Below, one piece after another: positions 23,095 through 33,200 of a stretch of DNA of 64,000 nt. Each line of letters opens with the position of its first letter. Positions within the stretch are counted from its first letter, which is position 1. The translations under genes and the position numbers were made by a program. The stretch is taken from NCBI GenBank assembly GCA_964019335.1, contig OZ025683.1, positions 310,001 through 374,000 of the forward strand, given 5' to 3'. The DNA comes from Diplonema japonicum (lineage: Eukaryota; Protista; Euglenozoa: Diplonemea). Under the pieces are notes generated by a model. That model did not search any database. It was not told the origin of the DNA and saw only the letters and a program-made list of their open reading frames with translations.

Positions 23095-24090
23095 ATGCCA
23101 TGTAGCCCGCCATCGGCCACCACATCGTGCAAGGTCCTCGGTGCACTTGAAGCGTTGCGCGCGCTTGAAGAATTAGAACAAGAAGTGAACAGAGGGAAGG
23201 AGAAAATAGCAGAGATGCAACAAGACATCAGAGAAGCGGAACGCGCGACACGGAACGCCGAAGAAGAGAACACCCGTACCAGAAACACGATGCGAGACTA
23301 CTCACGGTTGGAGAGAAAGTGCCTGTCGGGCGACGAGACCGAACAACGGAGCACGATAACCCTGAAAGAAGAACGACGGTTCGGAGCGATTTCCGAACAC
23401 TTCTACAAATTCCTCGTATCAAGAAACGGCTTGAAAACACTCGAGGGCGAGGAGATGGCACAGAGAACTCGTTTGATTTCATCATGCGTAGGCGGCACAA
23501 CCTCAATCGCTATGTACTTTGCTTCTCAGCTCACAGAACCTTCTTTAAAAATGATGCACAAGATTGGAGAGCTTGAAGCTCAACAACACTCACATAAACA
23601 CACTGGTAGTGCTGTAGAGGGTAAGCACTGCGAGTATCTGGAAGGGAGAATTGATGGGCTCCTCGACGCCCTTAATGCACGAGCTCCTACAGAAGCAGCG
23701 ATGTTAGAGCTTGGGCGTGCTAGGGTGGAGCTGAAGCAAGAACGGACGGAAAAAAACCGGCTGAGGGAGTTCAGTGTGGAGCTTGAGCGGGGGTTCTCCT
23801 TTATGCACCGTCATATGACCATCGAAGGGCTTTTTCACGATGAACGGCACTACCGTGACGCGATACGAATACAGGCTCACGAGCTGTTTAGTCTCCTCTT
23901 TGCCACTGCGCTTTATACCCTTCCCGAGCCCCCCGCCCCCTCGCTGCGGTCGTATTCCTCAGTGTCCGCTCCCATGCCGACGCCGAACGAATCTTTGTAT
24001 TACTCCAGCACCCGCTCGCAAGAAGGGTGCGTTGTAAACCCGAGGTTTCCGCGGCGGTTGTCGTCTGCTTCTTCTTGGAAAGGCTTTTAA
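23095..24090 (+). CDS. Hypothetical coiled-coil protein
   Basis: AAAATG start; E/R/K-rich heptads. Confidence 0.7.
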   Translation: MPCSPPSATTSCKVLGALEALRALEELEQEVNRGKEKIAEMQQDIREAERATRNAEEENTRTRNTMRDYSRLERKCLSGDETEQRSTITLKEERRFGAISEHFYKFLVSRNGLKTLEGEEMAQRTRLISSCVGGTTSIAMYFASQLTEPSLKMMHKIGELEAQQHSHKHTGSAVEGKHCEYLEGRIDGLLDALNARAPTEAAMLELGRARVELKQERTEKNRLREFSVELERGFSFMHRHMTIEGLFHDERHYRDAIRIQAHELFSLLFATALYTLPEPPAPSLRSYSSVSAPMPTPNESLYYSSTRSQEGCVVNPRFPRRLSSASSWKGF

Positions 24091-24100
24091 GGAAGAGAAA

Positions 24101-24672
24101 AAATAACTATTTATTGCCAACAAATTATGAGTCATTATTTAACTCGAGTTTCCGAATTTTTTGCACTCGGGCCCTGCGGGCCCGAGTGCAAAAAAACGGG
24201 TAACGAGAGTTAAATAATGGCTCATTTGGCGGCAAGTAAGTCGTTTTATTTCACTCTTCGTCATTTGAGTCACTCACTGCTTTCACTGCTTTCACTGCTG
24301 TTTTTTTTTCATGCAGGTCAGCCTTTTTGGGGAGTTTCCTAAGGTATGGGGTTGCTATTTCGCCGTGGCATTTAAAGGGGAAGTAAGGCACTTATTCCCA
24401 CTTTTAAGGGCTGGAATGGCCTCAGATGGCCAAAAATAGTCAAAATACACCCACCCCAAAAAGTTTTTTCAAGGGGTTGGGTGCATTTTTTTCAACGGCG
24501 AGACCATTTTTCCACTCTGAAGGGCCATTATTTAACTGCAAAATCTCATTATTTAACTAGTTAAATAATGGCGATTTCGCGTTAAATAATGGCCGTTTCG
24601 CGTTAAATACTGGTCATTTCGCGTTAAATAATGAGGCCCCTAGTGAGTGAAGAAAATGACGAAGAGTGAAAT
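24101..24672. mobile_element. Non-autonomous Crypton-like element
   Basis: About 130-bp hairpin (24110-24239) centred on TTGCACTCGGGCCC-TGC-GGGCCCGAGTGCAA; inverted repeats 24248-24278 / 24642-24672; 21-bp tandem GTTAAATAATGG repeats. Same layout as the YR element at 57802-59160. Confidence 0.7.
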
Positions 24673-24854
24673 TAAAAAAAAAAAATGGAGAAAAACGTGT
24701 GGGGGGGTCGCTCCCCCACTGGTGATAGAATGATGTATAGATTTTTTTTTTTTTTTTCCCTCCCCAGAAAAAAAAAAAAAAAAAAAAAAAAAAATCAGGG
24801 GAGAAGAAAAGGAGAGGAGGGGGAGGAAAAGGGGGGGAAAAAAGAGGAGAAAAT

Positions 24855-24975
24855 ATGATTTTTGATACCATAACAACACTGTTGGTGTTGATAACGGGGT
24901 TCGTGTACCCGTGCTTCATGACGCTGCTGGCGGTTGAGGGAGGGGAGAAGAGGGAGGTTACACGTATGTGAATAG

Positions 24976-25017
<42 letters not shown>

Positions 25018-25339
25018 TGGCTGCACTTTTGGATAGCAAAAGGGTTTATCACATTGCTGCTGTCGTCTCCAGCAGGGAGCTTTGTATGTGAGGGAAAAAA
25101 AAAAAAAATCCACACAGCTTCTATGGCTCGTCCCAGGCTCCGTGCTTCTTCAAATCGGGCTCAATGTCTGGCTATGGCACCCAACCTTCGAAGGCGGTCG
25201 TACGTCGGTAGATGCCTTAGGAAACACACTTAACAACCCCCACGGCTTACGCGTCACGACTCGGTTCAAGGAGTACACGGAGATTTTTCTAGAGTTTTCT
25301 AAAGTAGCACAAGCTTGCCTGGTGCCGAAACAGGACTAG
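24855..25339 (+). CDS. HVA22/TB2/DP1 (REEP/YOP1-like) membrane protein; introns 24964-25015 and 25084-25117
   Basis: Spliced product MIFDTITTLLVLITGFVYPCFMTLLAVE...THWLHFWI...LLWLVPG...WLWHPTFEGG matches the HVA22/DP1 pattern. Confidence 0.8.
24980..25012. repeat. (CA)n microsatellite inside an intron
   Basis: About 16 CA units. Confidence 0.95.
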
Positions 25340-25488
25340 AATTTGTGTGTTTTTATTTGTTTATATTTTAGTTCGTTGAGCTGCCCCCCCCCCTTTTTTT
25401 CATCTCTGATCGACCGGTCTAAATGTCATATAAAAAGAACCCCCCCCCCCCAAAGGTAAAAAAAGAAGTTTTTTAAACTTTTAGCAAA

Positions 25489-26135
25489 ATGCGTAACATC
25501 ATGGCCTCGAACACCCTGCCCATCCCCGAGGGCTGCACCATCACCATCTCCAAGCGTGTGGTGACCGTTGAGGGTGTCCGTGGTAAGCTTCAGAGGAGCT
25601 TCACCCACGCCCCCATCGACCTCAAGGTCGACACCGAAAAGGTATGTGTCCCCACATTGTCTCCTTCACATATTTTCACAGAACGTCGTCGTCGGTGAGA
25701 TGTGGTTCGGCAAGAAGCTTCAGGTGTCGACCATCAAGTCCGTGCTGTCGCACATCCAGAACATGTGCACCGGTGTGAGCAAGGGTTACAGGTACAAGAT
25801 GAGGTTCGCATACGCGCATTTCCCCGTGGGTGTGTCCGTTGAGGACAGCCAGATCACGATCAGGAACTTCCTTGGTGAGAAGCGTGTGCGTAAGGTCAAC
25901 CTCAAGGAGGGTCTGAAGGTGTGTTTGCTTTTTTTTTTTCTATCTTATCTCACGACAGGCCTACCGTACCGAGACCTCCGTCATGAAGGACGAGCTTGTC
26001 GTTGAGGGCAACAGCATTGTTGACGTGTCCCAGGCCGCCGCCTCCGTGCACGGTGTCACTCTTGTGAAGCGCAAGGATATCCGTAAGTTCTTGGACGGCA
26101 TCTACGTGTCCAGCAAGAGCACCATCACCGAATAG
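25489..26135 (+). CDS. RPL9: 60S ribosomal protein L9 (uL6), copy 1; introns 25642-25681 and 25919-25958
   Basis: [44 protein letters not shown]. Confidence 0.97.
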
Positions 26136-26264
26136 ATGCTGAACAAGAGGGTTTAAATGAGAAACAAAAGAAACGCATTTTCATTTTCTTTTTTTTTTGC
26201 TGTTCCTGCACCAACCTATCTTTCCCCTTTTCTTTTCCAGTTAGCCTTCGACCACACACTAAAA

Positions 26265-26912
26265 ATGCGTAACATCATGGCCTCGAACACCCTGCCCATC
26301 CCCGAGGGCTGCACCATCACCATCTCCAAGCGTGTGGTGACCGTTGAGGGTGTCCGTGGTAAGCTTCAGAGGAGCTTCACCCACGCCCCCATCGACCTCA
26401 AGGTCGACACCGAAAAGGTATGTGTCCCCACATTGTCTCCTTCACATATTTTCACAGAACGTCGTCGTCGGTGAGATGTGGTTCGGCAAGAAGCTTCAGG
26501 TGTCGACCATCAAGTCCGTGCTGTCGCACATCCAGAACATGTGCACCGGTGTGAGCAAGGGCTACAGGTACAAGATGAGGTTCGCATACGCGCATTTCCC
26601 CGTGGGTGTGTCCGTTGAGGACAGCCAGATCACGATCAGGAACTTCCTTGGTGAGAAGCGTGTGCGTAAGGTCAACCTCAAGGAGGGTCTGAAGGTGTGT
26701 TTGCTTTTTTTTTTTTCTATCTTATCTCACGACAGGCCTACCGTACCGAGACCTCCGTCATGAAGGACGAGCTTGTCGTTGAGGGCAACAGCATTGTTGA
26801 CGTGTCCCAGGCCGCCGCCTCCGTGCACGGTGTCACTCTTGTGAAGCGCAAGGATATCCGTAAGTTCTTGGACGGCATCTACGTGTCCAGCAAGAGCACC
26901 ATCACCGAATAG
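26265..26912 (+). CDS. RPL9: 60S ribosomal protein L9 (uL6), copy 2; introns 26418-26457 and 26695-26735
   Basis: Near-identical tandem copy of 25489-26135. Confidence 0.97.
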
Positions 26913-27074
26913 ACTCGTCGGGGCAGAAATCGTTATCTTCTTCTTCTTTTTTTTTTATCTCCGGCCCCCCTGAAGACCCACCCCAGTTCATTTTTCTTTT
27001 CTTTTCTTTTTTATGTCATTGGAGTTGTCAGCTTCTCGCCTCATCTAACCACCGCTTACGCCATAACAGAACGG

Positions 27075-27485
27075 ATGGCACCAGAAGCACTAGGAAAGCT
27101 GCAAGCGCTTGCGAAGAGAATCGACACACTAGAAACGCAAAAAGGAGGAAGCAAAGACACCCCGGTGGCAGTGGAGAACGGGACAATGGGTTATATTAAA
27201 TCTCTAGAAGCGATCATAATGGCCCAGCAGGTGCAGATCGATGAAATGGGAAGGAAAATCGACGAGATGGGCGGCGGGACGCAAACGCTTCAAGATTCCG
27301 TGGCGAAGATGGAGTACAAGATGCTAGAGTCCCAGTTGAAGACGAGCACGCAGACAGCGAACAACACGGAGGCCATCGATACGCTAGGCCGGAGGATCTC
27401 CTCATTGGAAGGCGGTCTGTCAGCACTGTGCCGCCAGCAGAACCGGGACCGCCAAGCCACACAACTACAACAACGGCAAACCTAA
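27075..27485 (+). CDS. Small coiled-coil protein
   Basis: 136-aa ORF with heptad pattern. Confidence 0.65.
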   Translation: MAPEALGKLQALAKRIDTLETQKGGSKDTPVAVENGTMGYIKSLEAIIMAQQVQIDEMGRKIDEMGGGTQTLQDSVAKMEYKMLESQLKTSTQTANNTEAIDTLGRRISSLEGGLSALCRQQNRDRQATQLQQRQT

Positions 27486-27613
27486 CCTTTACCTTAGATG
27501 TATTATTGTATAGTAATATTTGTTTTTTTTTTTTTTTTCCTCATAAAAATTGTTTTTGCCAAGGAGAAGAAGGAAGGAGGAGAGAAGAAAAAAAAAAAGT
27601 AAACTATGTAACC

Positions 27614-29158
27614 ATGGCCTCGCCGTTATCCGACTTGCCTCTTCGCAACCCTCCCTCCGTTACGACTCGTGCCTGCAATACGAAGCTTCCTTCGAGTGTC
27701 TCAAGTACTTCTGACATCTCACCCACAGGTGTGTTCAACATCTCACCGTCCATACGTGAGAAGGCTGCTGTTGTTCCATTGCCTTCCGGTAGCTCTGCCT
27801 GGGGGGACTCATCTCCAACTACTCCGCAGCACCTCTCCTTCGAAGTAACTACTGCCTCGCCACCCTCCATCCATGGAGTCGGAAGGGCAGCAGCAGTACC
27901 CCTACCCCACGATTCCGCCTGGAGTGATCTACCACAACACCTTCTGCCCACGAAAACCTCTCTAACCACGAAAGCAGCAGGTGTAGCGTTACCTTCCTCT
28001 GAGATACCAGTTGCTCATGTTTCTTCAAAACCCTCGGTGGCCACGAGGGCAGCTGGAACGGCGTTGCCCTACGACAGCTCCAACTGGGGCGACAGGCCTT
28101 GCGACGTGCTTGCTGTTTCTTCGATGCCTTCAGCCAACACGAGGGCAGCCGGTGTGGCGTTGCCTTCTGACAGCTCAAACTGGGGGGGTGCATCCTCAGC
28201 CACGTTCCACCACACGGAGACAGTTGCTTCGCGGTGTGCATCACACGTTTCTTCAAAGCCTTCTGTCAGCAGGAAGGCGGCAAGCATGGCACTGCCCAAT
28301 GACAGTTACAGGAGTGACTTGCCATCCGACATGCCATTACGTTATTCGTCGAGACCATCTGTTGGCACGAAGGCAGCTTGTGTGGCGCTGCCCTATGACA
28401 GTTCGAACTGGGGGGGAAGTGTGCAATCAACAACAGTGCCATTGCTTGCAGGGGTGGGGGTGGAGGTAGGGACGCCTTTAGCGGCGCCGGTATCGCCTCC
28501 AAGCGTGTGCGGGGGTGCTGACCGTGCTGACCAACCAGAGAAGCAGCTCTCATACGACGCGACATTGACAAGGACCCCACACCACAGCCTTGCGCTCAGC
28601 GAAGTGAAGGGTTGCTTACAGACACCTTTCACGGGCCTCCACACTCCACAGAAAGTAGCCCGCACCACTTCAGCAGCTAATAATGCAGTTGTTTACAACG
28701 TGGTGGGCGAGATCGACACTGCCGTGGTCTTCACAGTGCACAAGGACACTAAAACACCCGCAGCCAAACCCCCACCCGCAACCCCTTTCATGACCAAAAG
28801 CAAGCGAAAACCCACCCCTGTGTGGGAAGACCAAAACAAACGGTCGTCTGCGCCTGTGACACCCGTGTGGGACGCGATATCGAAACAAAGCGCTTTTGAA
28901 GTTGTCAGTAGACCGTCAACGCTCGATGACCAGCCAACTGAAGAACTAGTAGGACGGCAAGACGATGAATGGGATTATTCTGACCAAGCACCTGCTCCTG
29001 TCCAAACGGAGCTGGCTGCGTTGGCGGAGCAGCAGTTGAGGTCGCTGAAATGCTTGAGGAAACAGAAAGTGCTGGATAGAAAGAGCTACCAAACAGCGAG
29101 GGAGAAGGTGAGGCGCGCCATGGAACAAAACATGGCGGTTGTAGATCTAGGGTTGTAA
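27614..29158 (+). CDS. Hypothetical Ser/Pro-rich protein with about 8 internal motif repeats and a C-terminal SHOCT-like helix
   Basis: Repeated S-x-x-x-[KR]-A-A-x-V-x-L-P-x-D-S-S-x-W motif; LRSLKCLRKQKVLDRKSYQTAREKV tail. Confidence 0.7.
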   Translation: MASPLSDLPLRNPPSVTTRACNTKLPSSVSSTSDISPTGVFNISPSIREKAAVVPLPSGSSAWGDSSPTTPQHLSFEVTTASPPSIHGVGRAAAVPLPHDSAWSDLPQHLLPTKTSLTTKAAGVALPSSEIPVAHVSSKPSVATRAAGTALPYDSSNWGDRPCDVLAVSSMPSANTRAAGVALPSDSSNWGGASSATFHHTETVASRCASHVSSKPSVSRKAASMALPNDSYRSDLPSDMPLRYSSRPSVGTKAACVALPYDSSNWGGSVQSTTVPLLAGVGVEVGTPLAAPVSPPSVCGGADRADQPEKQLSYDATLTRTPHHSLALSEVKGCLQTPFTGLHTPQKVARTTSAANNAVVYNVVGEIDTAVVFTVHKDTKTPAAKPPPATPFMTKSKRKPTPVWEDQNKRSSAPVTPVWDAISKQSAFEVVSRPSTLDDQPTEELVGRQDDEWDYSDQAPAPVQTELAALAEQQLRSLKCLRKQKVLDRKSYQTAREKVRRAMEQNMAVVDLGL

Positions 29159-29233
29159 AGCAATTTTTTTTTTTTTCCTCTTTTTCCTTCTCCCCACCCC
29201 TAATTCCACGACAAGGTGTTGACAAAAAACAAA

Positions 29234-29548
29234 ATGGTGAACTACCCCAAATCGAAGAAGTCGTACTGCGCTGACTGCGACACCTACCACAACCACAAGG
29301 TTGTGCAGTACAAGACCGGTAAGTCCAGACTTTGTGCCCAGGGTAAGAGGCGTTATGACGCGAAGCAGAAGGGTTTCGGTGGTCAGACCAAGCCCGTGTT
29401 CCACAAGAAGGCCAAGACAACGAAGAAGATCTCCCTGAAGCTGCAGTGCACGAAGTGCAAGAGGGTGAAGCTTACCTCCATCAAGAGGTGCAAGCATTTC
29501 GAGCTGGCCGACCAGGGGAGGAAGAAGTCCAAGGACCCTACCTGGTAA
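29234..29548 (+). CDS. RPL36A: 60S ribosomal protein L36a/L44 (eL42)
   Basis: MVNYPK...YC...HKVVQYK...QGKRRYD...[20 protein letters not shown]. Confidence 0.97.
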   Translation: MVNYPKSKKSYCADCDTYHNHKVVQYKTGKSRLCAQGKRRYDAKQKGFGGQTKPVFHKKAKTTKKISLKLQCTKCKRVKLTSIKRCKHFELADQGRKKSKDPTW

Positions 29549-29709
29549 ACACGTTACCTCTGCTGTCATGATGTTCGTTGTGGGTTAGTACGGAAGACGA
29601 TTTGGGCTTCCTTTTAATTCATCAAGAATCATTTAGCTGAAAAAAAGTCCCCCCCCCCCCTTATACATACTTTAAACGCAGCACTTTAGGACGAAAAAGA
29701 TATTAAAAA

Positions 29710-29890
29710 ATGGCCATCCGTAGAACTGCGCTGAGCCTGATGAGGCCGACCACATCGCTCCTTGAGGGCGGGTGGCGTGAGACCATGTCCTTTTCCAGGC
29801 AGCTTGCCATCGCAACCCGCTACCTCCACAAGGGTGTGGTCGAGAAGGACCAGTCGAAGTACGTGAAGTTCTCTGAGCCGGTATGAAGGG

Positions 29891-29921
<31 letters not shown>

Positions 29922-30005
29922 CCACAGAGCTTCGAGGCCATGAAACCCAACAGTGGTGGTGGTAACGAGATCATCGACGGCCCCAACGTGTACGAAAAGA
30001 TGTAG
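29710..30005 (+). CDS. 82-aa protein with a predicted mitochondrial presequence; intron 29881-29927
   Basis: AAAAAATG start, MAIRRTALSLMRP N-terminus, GTATG...CACAG intron, in-frame second exon to TAG; ribosomal-protein-like codon bias. Confidence 0.75.
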
Positions 30006-30205
30006 GCTTGTTGCCAGCCCCCGTTCCTTTTTTTTTTTTTTAGTGTGATTTCCCTATTTTTTTATTTTTATTTTTTTTTTTCGGGCTTCATTTTTTTTTT
30101 TTCTTCTTTTGGGTCCCCCATTTGTTTTTCCAATATGTTACCATCCATCTTTTTTTTTTTTTGTAACCCCAATTCCTAACTTATTAGGAAAATGTGATAA
30201 TAAGA

Positions 30206-33200
30206 ATGCCGCCCAAAAAGAAACGAGCCGACGAGGAAGAGCTGAACAGATCGCTGTGTCAGTCAGGAGCCCCGGTGTTTTATTGGGAAGCAAGCCACGC
30301 ATGGTCGATAGGAAAGGTTAAAGAGGACACGGGAAAGGTGTTCGTGGTGGAGGGAACGGAGTACTCCGCCACAAAAGTGGACAGCCTAGAAACGTCCAAA
30401 GTAGCAGACGACAAGATATGGCCGGTGAGAGAGGACGTTCTCGAAGAAGACTGCCACGATTTACTTGATTTAACCGTACTTCATGACGCCACAATTCAAC
30501 GCTGTCTGTATCTCAGATACATGAAGGACATAGTATATACAAACATAGGCGCCATCGTCGTTGCTCTGAACCCTTGGAATTTTAAAATCCCGTGGTATAT
30601 GGACGACTACATGCCAAGATACCTCGAGGAAGGCGAGACGATCAAGGAAAACAAACCCCATTCATGGGCTCAAGCACACAACACATTCTGGGAACTACGC
30701 CGCGACCAGACCAATCAGTGCATTTTAATATCCGGCGAGTCCGGCGCAGGGAAAACGGAAGCTGCAAAAATCGTGATGAAATATCTCGGTGCTCTGTCGT
30801 GCCTTTCCGGAACAGACACGGAAAAAGGTGCTGCAAAGCAAGTTGCGTTCAACATCAACCAGGCAAGCCCGATCCTAGAGGGCTTCGGAAACGCGAAGAC
30901 CGTCCGAAACGACAATTCATCGAGATTCGGGAAGTTCATGAAGGTTCAGTTCACCGAACAAGGCTTCTTAGTTGGTGCTTTTACGGTGAAATACCTGTTG
31001 GAAAAATCTCGAATTGTTACAGCGTCCACCAACGAACGGGTGTACCACGCCTTCTACCTGTTAGTCCAAGGTGCCGACGCTGCAAAGTACAATTTAAAAC
31101 CTGCTGAAACTTACCATACAAACGCTGGAAGCTGCGTGAACATACCCGGTGTAGACGACGGTGATGATTTCCGGATTTGTTGCGAATCGATGACGAACTG
31201 CGGGTTTTCCGACGATCAGAAGGACGGTGTTTGGAAATCTGTAGCAGGAATCACCCATCTCCTCCAAGTTCACTTCAAATCCATCGACGCAGACAGCTGC
31301 GAGATCGACCCTGCAACCGCAGATCTCGTCAACAAATGTTCTGAAATATGGGAAACAGATCCGTCAGTTCTATCTGAAGAACTCACCACCACCACAATGG
31401 ACATGGGTGCCCGCGGGGGTATTATCGTGAAGAAGCTCACCACTGTCAAGGCAGCTGACGGTCGCGACGCATTGGTCAAAGCGCTTTACGACCAGCTTTT
31501 CGGTTGGCAAACGGAAACCATCAACAAGCTGACAGACACAGGCGGCGGCTCCAACTGGATCGGGCTCCTCGACATCTTCGGCTTCGAGGACTTCGAGTAC
31601 AACTCCTTCGAACAAATCTGCATCAACCTCGCCAACGAAACCCTTCAAAACCACTATAACGCGTATATCTTCACGAAGGACATGGACGAGTGCAGAACGG
31701 AAGGAATCGATGTTACCGAAGTGCGTTGTCCGGATAATCAACCTTGTCTGAATCTTATGACGGCGAAGACTGGAATCTTCGGGCTGCTCGATGATGAGTG
31801 TTCTCTTGGACAGGGTTCTGACGGCGCGTTCTTGCAAAAGGTTATCGACACAAACGGTAAGAATGAGTTTTTCGACCGGAAAAAATTGGCGAAGGACTCG
31901 TTCATTGTGCGGCACTACGCCGCCTCTGTGAACTACACCGTCGAAGGGTGGTTGGATAAGAACAGGGACACGTTGAAACCGGCGATGAAAAACCTGATGC
32001 GGGCGTCGAAGAACAGCCTCATCGCGTCGCTCCTCCCGGAGCACAACGAGAACGAGAAGAAAGAAACGGTCGGGGGATTCTTCAGGAGGCAGCTTATATC
32101 GCTGATGGACCTCATCAACAGCACCAACCCGCACTGGATCCGTTGCGTGAAACCACACCCTGCCAAGAAACCCCTCATGGTACACGGTGTAACAATGATT
32201 AACCAGCTTGAATCCAGCGGGGTCCTCGGGACCGTGAAGATCCGGAAGGCGGGGTTCCCCATCCGACCAACGTTTCAACAGTTTTACTCGAGGTTTAAAA
32301 TCATTCTTCCGACGAGCACCCACCCGTCTATCACGGCCGAGCACAAGGTTATATCGGGTTTCTGTTTGAAGGTCTGCGCTGAAGCCGGAATCGAACCCTT
32401 GAAAGCCCAATCCGGGAAAACCAAAATGTTCTTAAAAAACGAGGCCAGCCAGCACTTAGAAGCTGTTCGGGACAAGATTCTGAAAACACACATGCTGACG
32501 ATCAAGAGGTACGGGTACTACCAGATTAGCTTGTCAATGGTCGCTTACAAGAAACAGATGGCAGATTTCAGAAAGGCTGCTGAGACTCTGCAAGAGTCCT
32601 GTAGAGAATGGCTGGGGAAATCCATAGCACTCCGCGAGCAACGGGAGCAGGAAAAGAAAGAAAGAGAACGCGTGCTGGCTGGCTTCAACGAGAGAAAACA
32701 AAAGAAGCTCTCTTCAATGAGCGCCACGTTGGAGTGGACAGTCCCAGAGGGTGTCCAGCCAGCCACCGACGAACAGATGGATCTGATCTCAGACAGGTGG
32801 GCCATGCTGCGAACTGCTGAACCGGTTGAACCGTCGTCCCTCCCCACCATGCCTTTCCATCCTGTTTTAACAGGCAGGAGCGAGGTTGAGAGTTTCTGTT
32901 CGAGTCTTGTTGATATGTGGTTTGCAAAGGAAGGCGACATTCTTGATGAGTGGGAGCAGAATTTTATCGGGTCGTCAGTGCCTATCTTAGCTGTGCTGTC
33001 GGAAGTATGCCACCAGCTGTCAATGGTAAACCCAGGGGAGGGGATGACGAACTTGTTCCTCCGTTCCGCGCTGACGATGGAAGGTGTTGACATCGATAGG
33101 ATTCTATGCCACGCTGGCGTGCCCGCAGCCCACGACGCGGGGTACTCTGCACGCAACAAACCCCTCCACGAGGTTTTGGTCACGGGCAACATCCAGAAAT

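Noticed and set aside
24560-24636. 21-bp tandem repeats resembling a mini CRISPR or iteron array
   Set aside because: No unique spacers and no cas genes; they are subterminal boxes of the Crypton-like element.
29568-29640. Possible C/D snoRNA (ATGATGT...CTGA) after RPL36A
   Set aside because: Imperfect C box, no terminal stem, no rRNA complement I can verify; likely 3' UTR.
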